Source: Octopus sinensis (Eukaryota). From it: a stretch of DNA of 64,000 nt. The DNA lies in the NCBI RefSeq assembly GCF_006345805.1, contig NC_043004.1, forward strand, positions 91,140,001-91,204,000, read 5' to 3'. The notes beneath the pieces were generated by a model. That model was not told the origin of the DNA and made no database searches. It was given only the letters and a program-made list of their open reading frames with translations. The translations under genes were made by a program, and so were the position numbers. Below, piece after piece: positions 25,808 to 39,105 of the stretch; the stretch's first letter is position 1; each line of letters begins with the position of its first letter.

Positions 25808-27784
25808 CAAGGTGGTATCAAAAAGTTCCCAGGCTAGTGCTGTATCATGCCAACAGATGGCTTGGTTGCATGCACAATGAGAGCTAGCAGTGACCTTCAT
25901 GAGACAGTGTGCCAATTGACATCGTCACTGTATTTACTTTGCAAGTTGTGAGATTTGTGTCTTTGTGACCCATGTGTATGCTGTAGTCTGCAATTTTGTC
26001 ATGAAAAGGAAGTTGGAACAAAGAGCCAAAGCGAAATTTTCCATTAAACTTGGGAAGTCTGCTACAGAGACATTGAGCGTGCTTTGGCTAGCTTACAGTA
26101 ATGAGGCAATGGGTTACTCTTTTACTCTTTTACTTGTTTCAGTCATTTGACTGCGGCCATGCTGGAGCACCGCCTTTAGTCGAGCAAATCGACCCCGGGA
26201 CTTTTCTTTTTAAGCCCAGTACTTATTTTATCGGGCTCTTTTGCCGAACCGCTAAGTGACGGGGACGTAAACACACCAGCATCGGTTGTCAAGCAATGCT
26301 AGGGGGACAAACACAGACACACAAACACACACACACATATATATATACATATATATGACAGGCTTCTTTCAGTTTCCGTCTACCAAATCCACTCACAAGG
26401 CATTGGTCGGCCCGGGGCTATAGCAGAAGACATTTGCCCATGATGCCACGCAGTGGGACTGAACCCGGAACCATGTGGTTGGTTAGCAAGCTACTTACCA
26501 CACAGCCACTCCTGCGCCTATTGTATGCAATATTTCAAGAGGCACGAATGTCTCAAAAGCAGGTTGATGTAGGGTTGTGGTTGATCGGCATAGGTGACCA
26601 CCTGGAAGGGATGTTCTCGTTGCTCCTTTCTGCCAATGGTTAGCTCCCCATTTGCCGGTACAAGATTGACTCTACACGGCTGGCGCATCCTCAAATCTCC
26701 GCCGCCACACCGCCCGCCTTTCAGACGCAGCGTTCGCTCGCCCCTTGACGCCCGCATTTGCCTGCCTTCGCCTGCCTTTTGACGCTCGCCTTCACCCGCC
26801 TCTTGACATCCGCCTTCGCCAGTAAAGAAATAGAATGTCTCAAAAGTGGAAGAACATCTCTGGAAGATGATGAGCAATCAGGAAGACCTGCCATGAGCAT
26901 CACACCCGGAAATGTGGTGAAAATTCATCAGCTTGTGTATTAGGATTGTCAGAGGAAAATCAACAACATTGCCGATGTTGTTGGTTTGTCATATGGGTTT
27001 GTGCAAGCAATCCTTATTTTTGAATTGAACAAACAGCATGTCTCTACCAAGTTTGTCCCCTGCTTGCTGACCACTGAGCAGAAAGAATATCATTTTGAAG
27101 TCTGTCCAAATCTCCATCAGTATGCTGCTGACAGCCCATCCTTCATGTCAAGGTTCATCCTCAGGGACAAGAGTTGGGTCTATGGTTACAGCCCTGAAAC
27201 AAAGCAGCAGTCATCACAATTGAAGAGCCCTTCATCTCCTTGACCAAAGAAAGCACAACAGAGCTACAGCTTAATCAAGAGCATGATCATCGCCTTTTTC
27301 TGACATCTGCCATATTGTGCATTGGGAATTCATCCCCCAGTGCCAAACTGTCAATCAAGAGTTCTGCTGCAACGTTTTGAAGCATATGAGGGAGGACAAA
27401 GAATTGGATTCTTCACAAAGACAATGCATTCTGTCACCAAGCTCTCCTCACTCATGAGTTTCTTGTCAAAAATAACCCAGTATCACTTTTGCACCCATCC
27501 TATTCACCAGATTTAGTACCTGCAAACTTCCATCCCTTCCCCAAGATGAAAAGGCAACTCAAAGGTTGCCGTTTTAACACAATTGTCACGATCTAGAGTG
27601 AATCACAGAAGGTCCTTGACTCACTTACAGAAAACGACTTCTAGGCCAGATTCCAAAAATGGCAGGAATGCTGGAACTGGTGTATTGCTGTGCAAGGTGA
27701 CTATTTCAAAGGAAATGATGATGTTAGAACTTAGGTTAAACAAGTTAGTTTTTATTAAACATAACTAGTCTGAGAACTTTTTGA
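25808..27784 (+). mobile_element. Degenerate mariner element with nested SINE A and a 273-bp GC-rich insert (FAS1 intron 6)
   Basis: Left TIR caaggtggtatcaaaaagttcc; right remnant gaactttttgata; MKRKLEQRAKAKFSIKLGKSATET, SLEDDEQSGRP and SWVYGYSPETKQQS remnants. Confidence 0.85.
26116..26520 (-). mobile_element. tRNA-derived SINE family A; other copies near 22510, 24190, 29172, 39448, 43318, 44140, 48224 (+), 49830, 60605, 61070
   Basis: A-box-like TGGCTGTGTGG, B-box-like GGTTCAGTCCC, GGCACCTTGGGCAAGTG core, internal microsatellite, tail gactgaaacaagtaaaagagta. Confidence 0.85.
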
Positions 27785-29389
27785 TATATATATATATATA
27801 TATATATATACATGCATCAATAAGTGTTCATCTCTAATTATAGAAGGAACATGTGGAAGGGGTAGACCAAGGAAGATTTGGAATGAAATGGTGAGAAAGG
27901 AACTTCAAACACTGGGCCTCACAGAGGGGCTGATGAGGAACTGAAACTCCTGGTGGTTTGCTGTGCTTGAGAAGACATGTCAAGCTAAGTAAAATCATGT
28001 TTGTCTTTGCATACAGGTATGTCCCCTGCATCCCACTTCAGCTGAATGATCCTAATCTTGTGAGCTTGTGGGTGCTGGTGCCATGTAAAAACCACTTGCG
28101 TTAGTGCCATGTAAAAGCACCTATGCTGGTGCTGCATAAAAGCACCCAGTACACTCTGTAAAGTGGTTGGCATTAGAAAGGGCATCCAGTCATAGGATCC
28201 ATGCCAAAACAGATTTGGATCCTGGACAGCTCTTCAACTGACCAGCTCCTGTCAAACCATCCAACCCATGCCAACATGGAAAACGTTAAATGATGACTGA
28301 TGTTGATGATGATGATGATGATGATATATATATGGTTCAAATGTGCAGAAAACAAAAGACAGAGACAGGTGAAGGAACAACAAGCAGGTGTATTAGTTTG
28401 ATGTTCGGGAAAAATAGAAAAGTCTTCAACATTTTGAGCCTACACTCACTCTTCAACAGAAAGGAATGAGAGGAAAAAATGGAGGAAGGAATAATGTGTT
28501 GGGATTAATGGTTTCACGTGTTAAATATATATATATATATTTTTTTTTTACGGTGGTACATAAAAAGCACCAACCGAATGTGGTCGATGCCAGTGCCCCC
28601 AGACTGGGTCCCGTGCTGGTGGCATGTAAAAAGCACCATCCAAATGTGGTCAATGCCAGGTGCATCGGATTGACTCCTGTGTCAGTGGCATGTAAAAAGC
28701 TCCCACTACACTCTTGGAGTGGCTGGCATTAGGAAGGGCATCCAGCTGTAGAAACATTGCCAGATCAGATTGGAGTCTGGTGCAGCCGCTGGATCTCCAG
28801 ACCTCAGTCAAACCGTCCAACCCATGCCAGCATGAAGAATGAATGTTAAAGGATGATGATGATGATACTTCGTCATCTGGTTGATTTTGCTCGGAAACAT
28901 TTTTAATCTGCACAGACTATCCAACTCAGTCTTGCAATAGTGGAGAGAGGTCTTTGGGGAGCCATCCACTGTCTCTGGTGAGTCGGTCTACATACATTAT
29001 TTTTGGATGATCCGCTTTTTGGCATCCATAGCAGAAGTCCATTTGCCAACTCTTGTTTAGCTCACCAGCAATGTCCTGCAAAGTGTAAACACCTTTCCTT
29101 TTAGTGGTGGAAACAGGCAGGAGGTCTCTATACAGTTGTTTATTTTCTGGGATGAATTCTCCAATATATACTCTTTTACTCTTTTACTTGTTTCAGTCAT
29201 TTTGACTGCAGCCATGCTGGATCACCGCCTTTAATCGAGCAACTCGACTCCGGGACTTATTCTTTTGTAAGCCCAGTACTTATTCTATCGGTCTCTTTTG
29301 CTGAACCGCTAAGTAACGGGGACATAAACACACCAGCATCGGTTGTCAAGCATGCTAAGGGGACAAACACAGACACACAAACACACACA

Positions 29390-29468
<79 letters not shown>

Positions 29469-31786
29469 TACGACGGGCTTCTTTTCAGTTTCTGTCTACC
29501 AAATCCACTCACAAGGCTTTGGTCGGTCCGAGGCTATAGTAGAAGACACTTGCCCAAGGTGCCACACAGTGGGATTGAACCCGGAACCATGTGGTTGGTA
29601 AACAAGCTACTTACCACACAGCCACTCCTGCGCCTATATGTTTAAGACTGCTTTTAAAATTGCGTGCAAGTCAAATACCAGCAATCTTGACTTTGCCTTT
29701 CCTTCTTTTGGTACCAGTTGAGCACTAAGATCCATATAATTGACTTACCCCCTCCCTAGAATTGCTGGCCTTGAACCAAAATTTGAAACTAATATTCAGG
29801 TACAAGTTCCATCTAACCTAGACTCAATTTTTTTGGTGTGTTGCTGCATATAAAAGGACCGAAAGACATTCTATGACTCAGTCCTTTTATATTTCATCAT
29901 TATCATCATCAGCGTTTAACATCATCCCATCCATGCTGTGATGGGTGGGACGGTTTCATAAGAGCCGGCCAAGCAGAAGCCTGCACCAGATTTCTATGAC
30001 TGTTTTGGCAGGATTTTTACAGCTGGATGCTCTTCCTAACACCAACCACTCAGCAGGCTGGTCTTAGTGCTTTTTATGTGGCACAAGCACAGGTAACATA
30101 AGAAGCATCAGATGTGGTGTGCAAGAGGGACAACTGTGCTGGTATGGTCATGTGTTGCATATGGATGAGGACAGCTGTGTGAAGAAGTGTCACACCTTAA
30201 CAGTGGAAAGAACCTGTGGAAGAGGTAGACCCAGGAAGACATGGAATGAGGTGGTGAAGCACAACCTTCGAATGTTGGGCCTCTCAGAGGCAATGACAAG
30301 TGACTGAGACCTTTGGGGATATGATGTGCTTGAGAAGACCCAGCAAGCCAAGTGAGATCATAGCTGTGGCCTATGCCAATGTTGCATAACCAGCCCATTT
30401 AAAAGCACTCTTCAATCATCGGGCAATATGCTGTGCTTATGAAGACCTATTGAACTGAGTGGCACCAGTGCTAGTGGCATGTAAAAAAACACCATTCGAG
30501 CAAGGCCAATGCCATTGCTGCCTGACTGGTTCCCATGCTGGTGGCAGGTAAAAAGCTCGCACTACATCTCCGAGCGGTTGGTGTTAGGAAGGGCATGAAG
30601 CTGTAGAAACCTTGCCAAATCAGATTGGAGCCTGGTGCAGGCCCCTGTCTTGCCAGTCCTTAGTCAAACTGTCCAAACCATGCCAGCATGGAAAGCGGTC
30701 ATTAAATGATGATAATGATGATGATGATATTCAAGAGTTAAGGAATGGAGTACATAAAATCCAGACTACATATGGAAGTGGTAAATGTCCAGGCAAGGTG
30801 TATACCACAGGCCACTCTTCAAAGCCAAGGTTATCTTGATTAAATGAAGTTTACACTGTCATTAGGAGGCCAATGTTAACACACTGAGGATTTGATCAGA
30901 ATAAACCACTATTGTTCAATAGGAGCCAAGCTTGGACAGTATAATATGGAAGACAGGTTGCTACCTATGCAATATATCCCACCCCTCCATATTACTAATG
31001 GATCCAAAGGAGCATTACAATTTAGTACCAGCATCTTTGTAGGAGTTGCCAGAGGCTCCAACTCATGGTATTTTCTCAGAGTTTACTCTTAAAGCCTTTC
31101 CCATGACAGGGTATGGCTGCAAGGTAGCAGAGATTTGGAGTCAGGGTTTTCCTGGCCCTAGATGGGTGCTGCCTGCACTACCCAGGCCAACGAGTTCCAT
31201 CTGCCAAACTGACTTGCTAATTAACCCACAGCTGTGACCTTGACAGGTGCTACAACTCTGGGTTTGAGTGGACCTGAGAACAGTAGTGACTAAGATTAGT
31301 TCCACACTTCTCAAAACCATGGAACTTCCAGATCAGGGTCCCACTACTAGATATGAGCAGGAACCCAAAAGTAATTGGAAACGTTCTCTGTTGGACAAGC
31401 CCATTGTAGTTTAGGCTTCCACTGTTAGAAACCACTTGATGCAAACCTCAGACAGCAGTCTGCCAACCAGCATCATTGATTGAGGTTGTACTGTCACGTC
31501 ATGTATTTTTGTTTTGCAGAGCTTCTCCCCAGTTCATCAATTTTTGTGATGACTGAAATGAAGAAATAGCATGCTTCCATGGTCCAATGCATTGCTTCAA
31601 ACAAAGAAGAATACTTTGAAGGTAATAAAAGTATAAACATGTAAAACTTAGTGAATAAAATAATACTGCAAAATTCCAGTTTCTTTGCACACCTCCTCGT
31701 ATAGTCATACCCAGGACAGAAGCAGCAAAATATAAACTAAATAAAACAGGACAAGAAAATAAAAATAAGTAAATGAAATGGCTTAC

Positions 31787-31898
31787 CATGCCGATGAAAT
31801 GTTAGCTGTATGGTATTTTGGGCTATTCCAATTAAATTCATACCATCCATAAAGCTGGCCTTGTAATATATGTTAGATATAAAGGCCTTGACAAGTGT
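31787..31898 (-). CDS. FAS1 protein exon 6
   Basis: Acceptor TTCTGTTCCAG|; TLVKAFISNIYYKASFMDGMNLIGIAQNTIQLTFHRH; phase-1 donor G|GTAAGC; 112 nt. Confidence 0.85.
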
Positions 31899-33473
31899 CT
31901 GGAACAGAATTTGTGATACAATTGAAAAAATATATATATGTGTGTGTGGTGTGTGTATGCATCTGTGTGTGTGTGTGTTTAAACATATGGATATGTGTAT
32001 GTACACGCACACACACACACACATGCACACAAGAGTATTCTTATTTGTTTAAAGTGATCAATGCAGATGTAAAGTTAATTGAAATATGTATGGTGATGTT
32101 GCTAAATGAAAATGAGAAATGATATTCTATTACCTTCATAGGTTGTTTAGTGATCCTATAATATTTCAGGAAAGATTACTTTTTACAAAAGAGAAGAAAG
32201 TAACAAAGAGTTCAAAGGCACATGTTGTTACTGATATATATGTGTGTGTGTGTATTAAGGGCATTACTATACATAAATGCCTCACACTAGGAGGGACTCT
32301 TAAAGTCAAAACTACCATAATAAACACATTGTACAGAATGCAAGGGAATACAACTCTCAAAGCAAGCCTTTTAAAAACAGATTCAGCTGCAGATCATATG
32401 ATTTCATAATTAGTTCACAAAATGCACTTTTTAATCATCAGTGCATGCATAATCAACAAAAAATCAACATACCAGACGAACACCAAATGTATCCAGCATA
32501 GTACATACGATTGTTCACACTTATATATCTATGTAAGAAGTGGGCGCTTTGAATTGCATCTCGGTACATGTTTTTATTCAGAATAAAATTCAGCACTGAA
32601 CATCCTATTTTAAAATTATATATATACTAGCAGTATCAACCAGCATTGCTCGGATTTGTTTCAACCCTTTAGAATTAGAATTTTTGAAAAGTAAAAATTT
32701 TGCATTATGTAGCTTGTTATTCTCTTTAAGTGAACATTTTTCTGGTTGAAATACACCGGAAAATGGCGACACAGCAGTCAAAAAATCGTAAAAAATAGGG
32801 ATTTTCATAGAAAAAAAAGCACCTTTTTGATGTAAATAATTTTTGGTGTTAACATGGTCAGATTTGAATTTTTTCTCCTACAGAAGGAAGAGCAAGCCTT
32901 CTTCTATCATAATCTCAATTTTGGTCAACTTGCGCTGCAGGGTCTCAGAGGAGATAGTATTAGTTGAAGGCTACCAAACCTGCCATACACAAACAACTTC
33001 AGCTTTATGTATATATATATATATATATTTGTTTTGCAAGATTTTTGATGTGAAATCATGTGTTGAAACAGATATTGCTGTATTAAGGAATGGTCATTTT
33101 GCCAGTTTAGCCAATAAAAACACACGCACAATATATTTGGTGTTACTTTGCTTCAGCGTTATTTATTTTTTACATTAATCTTAATCTTATTTCGGCCAGA
33201 GTTCTTTTGTCACACTCCTGTGACGGCATCAGTGGTCCTTTGCTTTCTTCTTTCTTATTTGTGTGTCTCTCCTTACTAACGGTCAGCCATTTTGTATTTT
33301 GTATTTCTATTGTATGTGTCTTCATTTTGATGACATGCAGTCATCAAGATTGTTATAATGTCTTGTTGTTGCGAAAAGTTCTCTTTCTTTCCTGATGAGA
33401 TTACATTATTTTACGACCACGAGTCCGCTGCCCTAACCACGGGTCCATTGCGCTTCCACACACACACACACAC

Positions 33474-33627
<154 letters not shown>

Positions 33628-34067
33628 TTTTTTTCTTTTTTCGTGTATATCTTTTTTGTAGGTATACTTGTAAGAAAAATTCTTTTGCCATTTAAGCAAC
33701 CAGTAAATCATACATTTTCCAGTTTGAAAACAATTACTTGAAGCTCGAAACTCATATCAGATAACTGTAAACATTATTATTAAGATTAAAATAAGAATTA
33801 TCCCCTCCAAAAAGCCATCTCTACCCATTTTTTCAAATATATATAATACTTACCAAGCACTTTCTTTTTACTATCCTACTATAAATATATATTATTAAAT
33901 AGATATACTAATGTATATGCTTTGTGTATTTTCTAGTGACTGCATGGCATAGCGGTGTATATAAACTGGAAAATATACACATACATTAGTATATATATTC
34001 AATGATATTAGAGCTGCTTTTACTTCTTGTGTGTGTGTGTGTGTGTGTGAAAATTATGAATTGTTAC

Positions 34068-34227
34068 CTGGGTTAATAAAGGAACATTGTTTTCCAACTT
34101 CTTCAAAGTTCCAGCCGGTAAATTGTTAAAAGCTTCATTTGTTGGTGCAAAGATGGTAAAGTTTTGGTTAGTTTCAGACAGAACTCGAATAAGTAGATAA
34201 GATTTCGACACAAGACGCCGCAAAATG
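34068..34227 (-). CDS. FAS1 protein exon 5 (domain 2, H1 motif)
   Basis: Acceptor TTTCTTTGCAG|; (S)ILRRLVSKSYLLIRVLSETNQNFTIFAPTNEAFNNLPAGTLKKLENNVPLLTQ; FTIFAPTNEAF; phase-0 donor CAG|GTAACA; 160 nt. Confidence 0.93.
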
Positions 34228-34665
34228 CTGCAAAGAAATTCAGTACCACCATTATCATCATCATCATCATAATCACTACCATCACCACTCTATTACTGTA
34301 CTATTACCACACCAATACCACCACCACCACCACCACCACTACAACCACCACCACCACCATCATCATGATCACTTTCATCTGCTCTATTGTGTCTGTCACA
34401 TTCCTTACCATTTCCATCACCATTGTCGCCAATTCCACCATCATCATTCCTCACCTGCATAATTCCTTTATATTTAGTTAGGAACAATAATGATTCCTCT
34501 GTGTATTAGTCTGTTAACATTTCAAGACCTTCTTAGTTTCATCATGAAAATGAAATGATGGCAATAATTGTCACAGAATGGTTAAATACATCATTAAAAC
34601 CCAAGAAACAGAGCACCATATGCATTGCACCTCATCACAAACGTATCAATAGAATGACATGCTTA

Positions 34666-34964
34666 TCTTTATATATAAAAGTGAAGTTGTGTGTCTGTCT
34701 CCTACGATTTAGATTCGTAACTACTCCCACATTTTGCGGTGCAGTGTAACCAAAAGCGAGTATCTTATAGTCATGATTCATATCGAGCCCTTCTGGGTAT
34801 TAGTGCGCATCTACGAAGAGTCTACGATTTAAAAAAAAATTTACCATAATTTTTTCCCATTTTTAATGCAATTTTTTTGCTATTATATAAGGGAAGTAAC
34901 TCTCTAAAAATGCTTATATAGTTTTTTCCTTACAAACACGAGCAACGCCAGGCGATACTGCTAG
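34666..34964 (+). mobile_element. Non-autonomous Helitron; related copies at 40187-40578 (-) and from 32627 (-)
   Basis: 5' A|TC, subterminal palindrome cgccaggcg, 3' CTAG|T. Confidence 0.7.
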
Positions 34965-34974
34965 TTATATATAA

Positions 34975-35790
34975 GGTAGCATCAAAAAGTTTGTGGACTA
35001 ATTATATTTAATAAAAAATAACTTATTTACCTGAGTTTTAATATTATCTCCTTCAAAATAGTCACCTTGTGCAGCAATGCACTGGTCTCTGTGTTCTTGC
35101 CACTTTTGGAATCTGGCCTGGAAGTTATTTGCTGTAAGCAATTTGAGAACCTATGATTCCCTCTGGATCTCAACAACAATGTTAAAATGGCAACTTTTAA
35201 GCTACCTTTTCATCTTGGGGAAGAGATGGAAGTCCACAGGTACTAAACCTGACAATTAGGGTGAGTGCAGAACTGATACTGCATTGTTTTTGGCAAGAAA
35301 CTCACGAGTGAGGAGAGCTCGGTAACTGGGTACATAATTCTTTATGCCTCACAGATCCAGTTGCTTTCACTGAATGTCCTCCCTCAAATGCCTCAAAACG
35401 TTGATTGTCCCCCAATGATCCTCATGCTGATGAGCTTTCTCCACATTTCTGGGGGTGACACTCATGGTAGGTCTTCCAAATTGCTTATTGTCTTCCAGAG
35501 ACAATCGCTCATTATCTTCCATTTTTGAAGCACTCGTGCCACTCAAAACATTGTGTGCAATCCATTGCCTCATTGCTGTAAGTTTGCCAAAACATGCTCA
35601 ACGTCTCTGTAAGAGTGTTTCCAAGTTTAACGCAAAATGGCTCTTTGTTCCAACTTCCAGTCCATGATAAAAATTGTAAACTACAGCATACATGTGATCA
35701 CAAAAACACAAATTTCACAACTTGTGAAGTAAACACAACGATGTCACTTGGCATACTACCTCATGAAGGTCACTGCTAGCTCTCATTGTG
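34975..35790 (-). mobile_element. Degenerate mariner remnant
   Basis: atcaaaaagttt TIR-like end; SLEDNKQFGRP remnant. Confidence 0.6.
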
Positions 35791-36019
35791 CTCAGAAGGC
35801 TTTGATTGACCTGAGGCTATAGTAGAAGACACTTGCCCATGGTGCCAAATGGCAGGACTGAACCCAGGACTAGGTATTTGGGAAGCAAGCTTCTTACCAC
35901 ACAGCCATGATATTACATGCATAATACATGTCTAAAGCAAAAACACCCTACAAACTACAATAATCAATAAAATATGATGGTTGCCCCCTCATTATCGAGT
36001 ATGGCCATTCCACGAAGCT

Positions 36020-38520
36020 TAACTGTTATTGGTGCTGTGATCAAATGTGACTTTTTAGCCCAACTAAAGATCTACAATGTCTTGTACAGAATTGGCAGCT
36101 AAAACCTTTACCGGCAATAGCCGGCTGTAGTTGTAACTGGGTTTCATGTAGCTTTGCATATCATTTAAGTCCTACTGCCGAATTACACTCTCTTCCACAT
36201 GCCCGACAGATATGATTAGTATGGTGTGCTACACCACCACCAGTGGCCAGGTTGTCACTCATCTGTCTCGCTTTATGACTACGAAGATGACTCTTGAGTC
36301 CAGCTTTACTGAGGCAGGGTCTTGCACAGACACTGCATGTCAGCATCATAGGAAGACCCTTCCCATCTGGAAGTGTAACAGCGATGCCCTTCCTGACATC
36401 CCTCCTTACTTTCTCATGCACAACTTGAAATTTCTCAAAAGTGGCTGTCCCCTCGTGCACAATCCTTCTCCACCTGCTACGATCAATAGCTATGCCCTCC
36501 TATGTGTCAAGAGAGATCCAAGCATTTCTTAAGGAAGCCTTCAGCAAGTCCTTATACCTCTTTTTTGGTTTATGTGGAGGTCGTTCTCCTGTAGCTAACT
36601 CTCCATAAAAGAGTTGTTTTGGCATCCTTGAATCCTTCATCCTGACCAGATGACCACACCATCTGAGCCTTTGCTTTAACACAAGAGCTTCTATAATTTC
36701 GCTCTGAGAACCTTCCAATATTTCAAGATCACTGATGTGGTCCTCTCACTTAATGCCATAGATCCGTCTGAGACACATCTGATGGAAACGTTCCAGTTGT
36801 TTAAGGTGGTATCGATATGTGGCCCACGTCTCGCAGGCATAGAGAAGAGAAGGGAGCACACATGCCTTGTACACCTTTATCTTTGTCTTTCTGCATATGT
36901 CTCGCCGACTCCAGAGGCGCCTTTCTAGCCTTCCGAAAGCATTACTTGCTTTCCTAATTCTGTATGGAATTTCATCATCCAAATTTCTATATCTATTAAC
37001 AGTGCTTCCCAGGTAGACAAACTGATCAACTACATCAAGTCATTTACCATACACATAGATATTTGGAACATTATAATGCTCACCAGGGGCAGGTTGGTAC
37101 ATGACAACAGTTTTCTTGAAATTAACTGTCAATCCTAAGGCAGTGCAAGCATTAGAGAATGCATTCAAAATGTGTTGCCTATCAATCTCTGTGTGTGCTA
37201 CTAGCTCACAATCATCTGCATACAAAAGGTCTCTTATGATAGAGATAAATACCTTTGTTTTTGCAGCAAAACGCCAAATATTAGATATGCTGCCAGAGGT
37301 TCAATAATGGATGTAAACACCATATCTGCAGTTTCGGAATGCAATACAGAAAGGGTCGGTGCCAGAATATGCCCCTGTTTCACTCCATTTTGAATTGAAA
37401 TGGGCTCCGACATTTTCCCTCTAACATTAACCCTACTCTTCATGTCTTCATGAAAAGACCTAACCAAAGCAAGGAACTTTTCAGGACACCCAAGTTTCTG
37501 GAGGACTTTCCACAATGCTTTTCTATTGACGGTATCAAAGGCTTTTGTCAGATCGACAAAAACCTGATTCAAATCCAGACCCTGTTCCACACACTTTTCC
37601 TGAAGCTGTCTAGCTGAAAAGATCATATCAGCAGTGCCACGTCCCACATGAAAGCCAGATTGACTTTCTGGAAGAACACAGTCTGCAACATGTTTCAGCA
37701 GACGATCCAGAAGTACCCTGCATAAAACCTTTCCTATGACAGAAAGCAATGATATTCCCCTATAATTACCACAATCATTCCTGTTGCCCTTTCCCTTATA
37801 CAAGACCACCATTACTGTATCTCTCCAGTCCTCAGGTACAGATTCACTAGTCCATATCTTACCAAACAAAGAGTGAAGTTGTCGCAGAAGTTTCTCACCA
37901 CCATGCTGTAACAACTCCGCATGTATGCCACCCATACCTGGAGATTTCCCATTATTCATCCTTGAGACAGCCACTGCAACTTCTTCCAACTTTGGTGGTT
38001 CTGTGAGTGCTGCCTTCACATGTAAACCAAGGATGAGATTGAGAACATCCTCACTAACTACAGACTGCTGATTCAAAAGTTCATCAAAGTGTTCTTGCCA
38101 CCTTCGCAGAATTCCTTGTGAATCACGAAGAAGTTCTTTACCTCCCTGCTTCAAAGTGGTGTCATCATGGAAGATGTGGTCCATAAACTTCTCGCAAGAG
38201 ACCATACAACAGCTTTGTGTTATTGGAATCTGACGCCACCTGTATCTCATCAGCCCTCTTACACCACCACGTATCCCTCATCTGAGAGAGCCTTTGCCTC
38301 ACACGTGATTTTACATCCTTGAGTTCCCTATGCAACACTTCCCTTTCCTGTGGCTTTGCTGACAAATAGCGTGACAAAGTACATCTTTTATCAGCCAATA
38401 AATCATCTATATGCTCATCATTTTCTTTAAACCAATCTTGATGCTTTCTTCGTATCAATCCCAGAACTTTCTTGCTTATATCATAAACTGACTTTTTAAG
38501 GGTCGGCCAATCCTCCCCAA
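36020..38520 (-). mobile_element. RTE (BovB-like) LINE, 5'-truncated and frameshifted, in FAS1 intron 4
   Basis: RT motifs NGKSPG, NYRGISLLS, QSGF, FVDLTKAFDTV, GVKQG, YADD; C-terminal LRWCGHLVRM...LFYGEL and CSVCARPCLSKAGLKSHLRSH. Confidence 0.92.
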
Positions 38521-38709
38521 TATCTTTTTTTATTTAATCAATAAAATACATACATATGTACATACATATTGGTAGATAGACAGAAAGATAGATATGAGTG
38601 TGTGTGCCTGTCTGTTGTCTGTCTGTGTATATATGTCTGTATATATATATATATAGATGTGAGTGTGTATCATGCATGTATCATAAACAGTAAACATTTA
38701 GTAACATAC

Positions 38710-38849
38710 CTGAATTTTGGTTGCCGTAATATCTCATCATAAGCATTTTCCACAGGGAGAGGAAACATCAAACCATCGATTAAATGAACCACAGACAATC
38801 CATTTGAGTTATCTTTATTGAGAATTTTTGATCCTGATGCAGTGATGAT
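38710..38849 (-). CDS. FAS1 protein exon 4 (domain 1 H2 motif, start of domain 2)
   Basis: Acceptor TTTTTTTTTAG|; IITASGSKILNKDNSNGLSVVHLIDGLMFPLPVENAYDEILRQPKF; H2-like VVHLID; phase-2 donor AG|GTATGT; 140 nt. Not in the ORF track. Confidence 0.9.
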
Positions 38850-38929
38850 CTAAAAAAAAAACAAAAAAAAAGCAAACAACAAAAACAATGAAATAAAACA
38901 AAAGAAATAACAGTAAGTCAAAATACTGT

Positions 38930-39057
38930 ATAGTAGTAGTAGTGGTGGTGTAGTAGTAGTAGTAGTAGTAGAAGTAGTAGTAGTAGTAGTAGTAGTTGTA
39001 GTAGTTGTAGTAGTAGTAGTAGTAGTAGTAATAGTAGTAGTAGTAGTAGTAGTAGTA

Positions 39058-39101
<44 letters not shown>

Positions 39102-39105
39102 ATAG
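38930..39105. repeat. (TAG)n microsatellite just upstream of exon 4
   Basis: Direct inspection. Confidence 0.9.

Noticed and set aside
27929-27955. ctgatgaggaactgaaac
   Set aside because: No stem II or stem I pairing; it lies in an RTE-derived SINE tail.
33185-33235. Minus-strand CUGAUGC-GUCACA/UGUGAC-AAAA motif
   Set aside because: Two core mismatches and only a 3-bp stem I; too degenerate to call.
33415-33457. tRNA gene
   Set aside because: Only a 5'-half tRNA-like SINE head with no full cloverleaf; no true tRNA or rRNA genes were seen in the window.
37234-38250. 338-aa ORF as a host gene or active LINE
   Set aside because: A frameshifted piece of a 5'-truncated RTE element.
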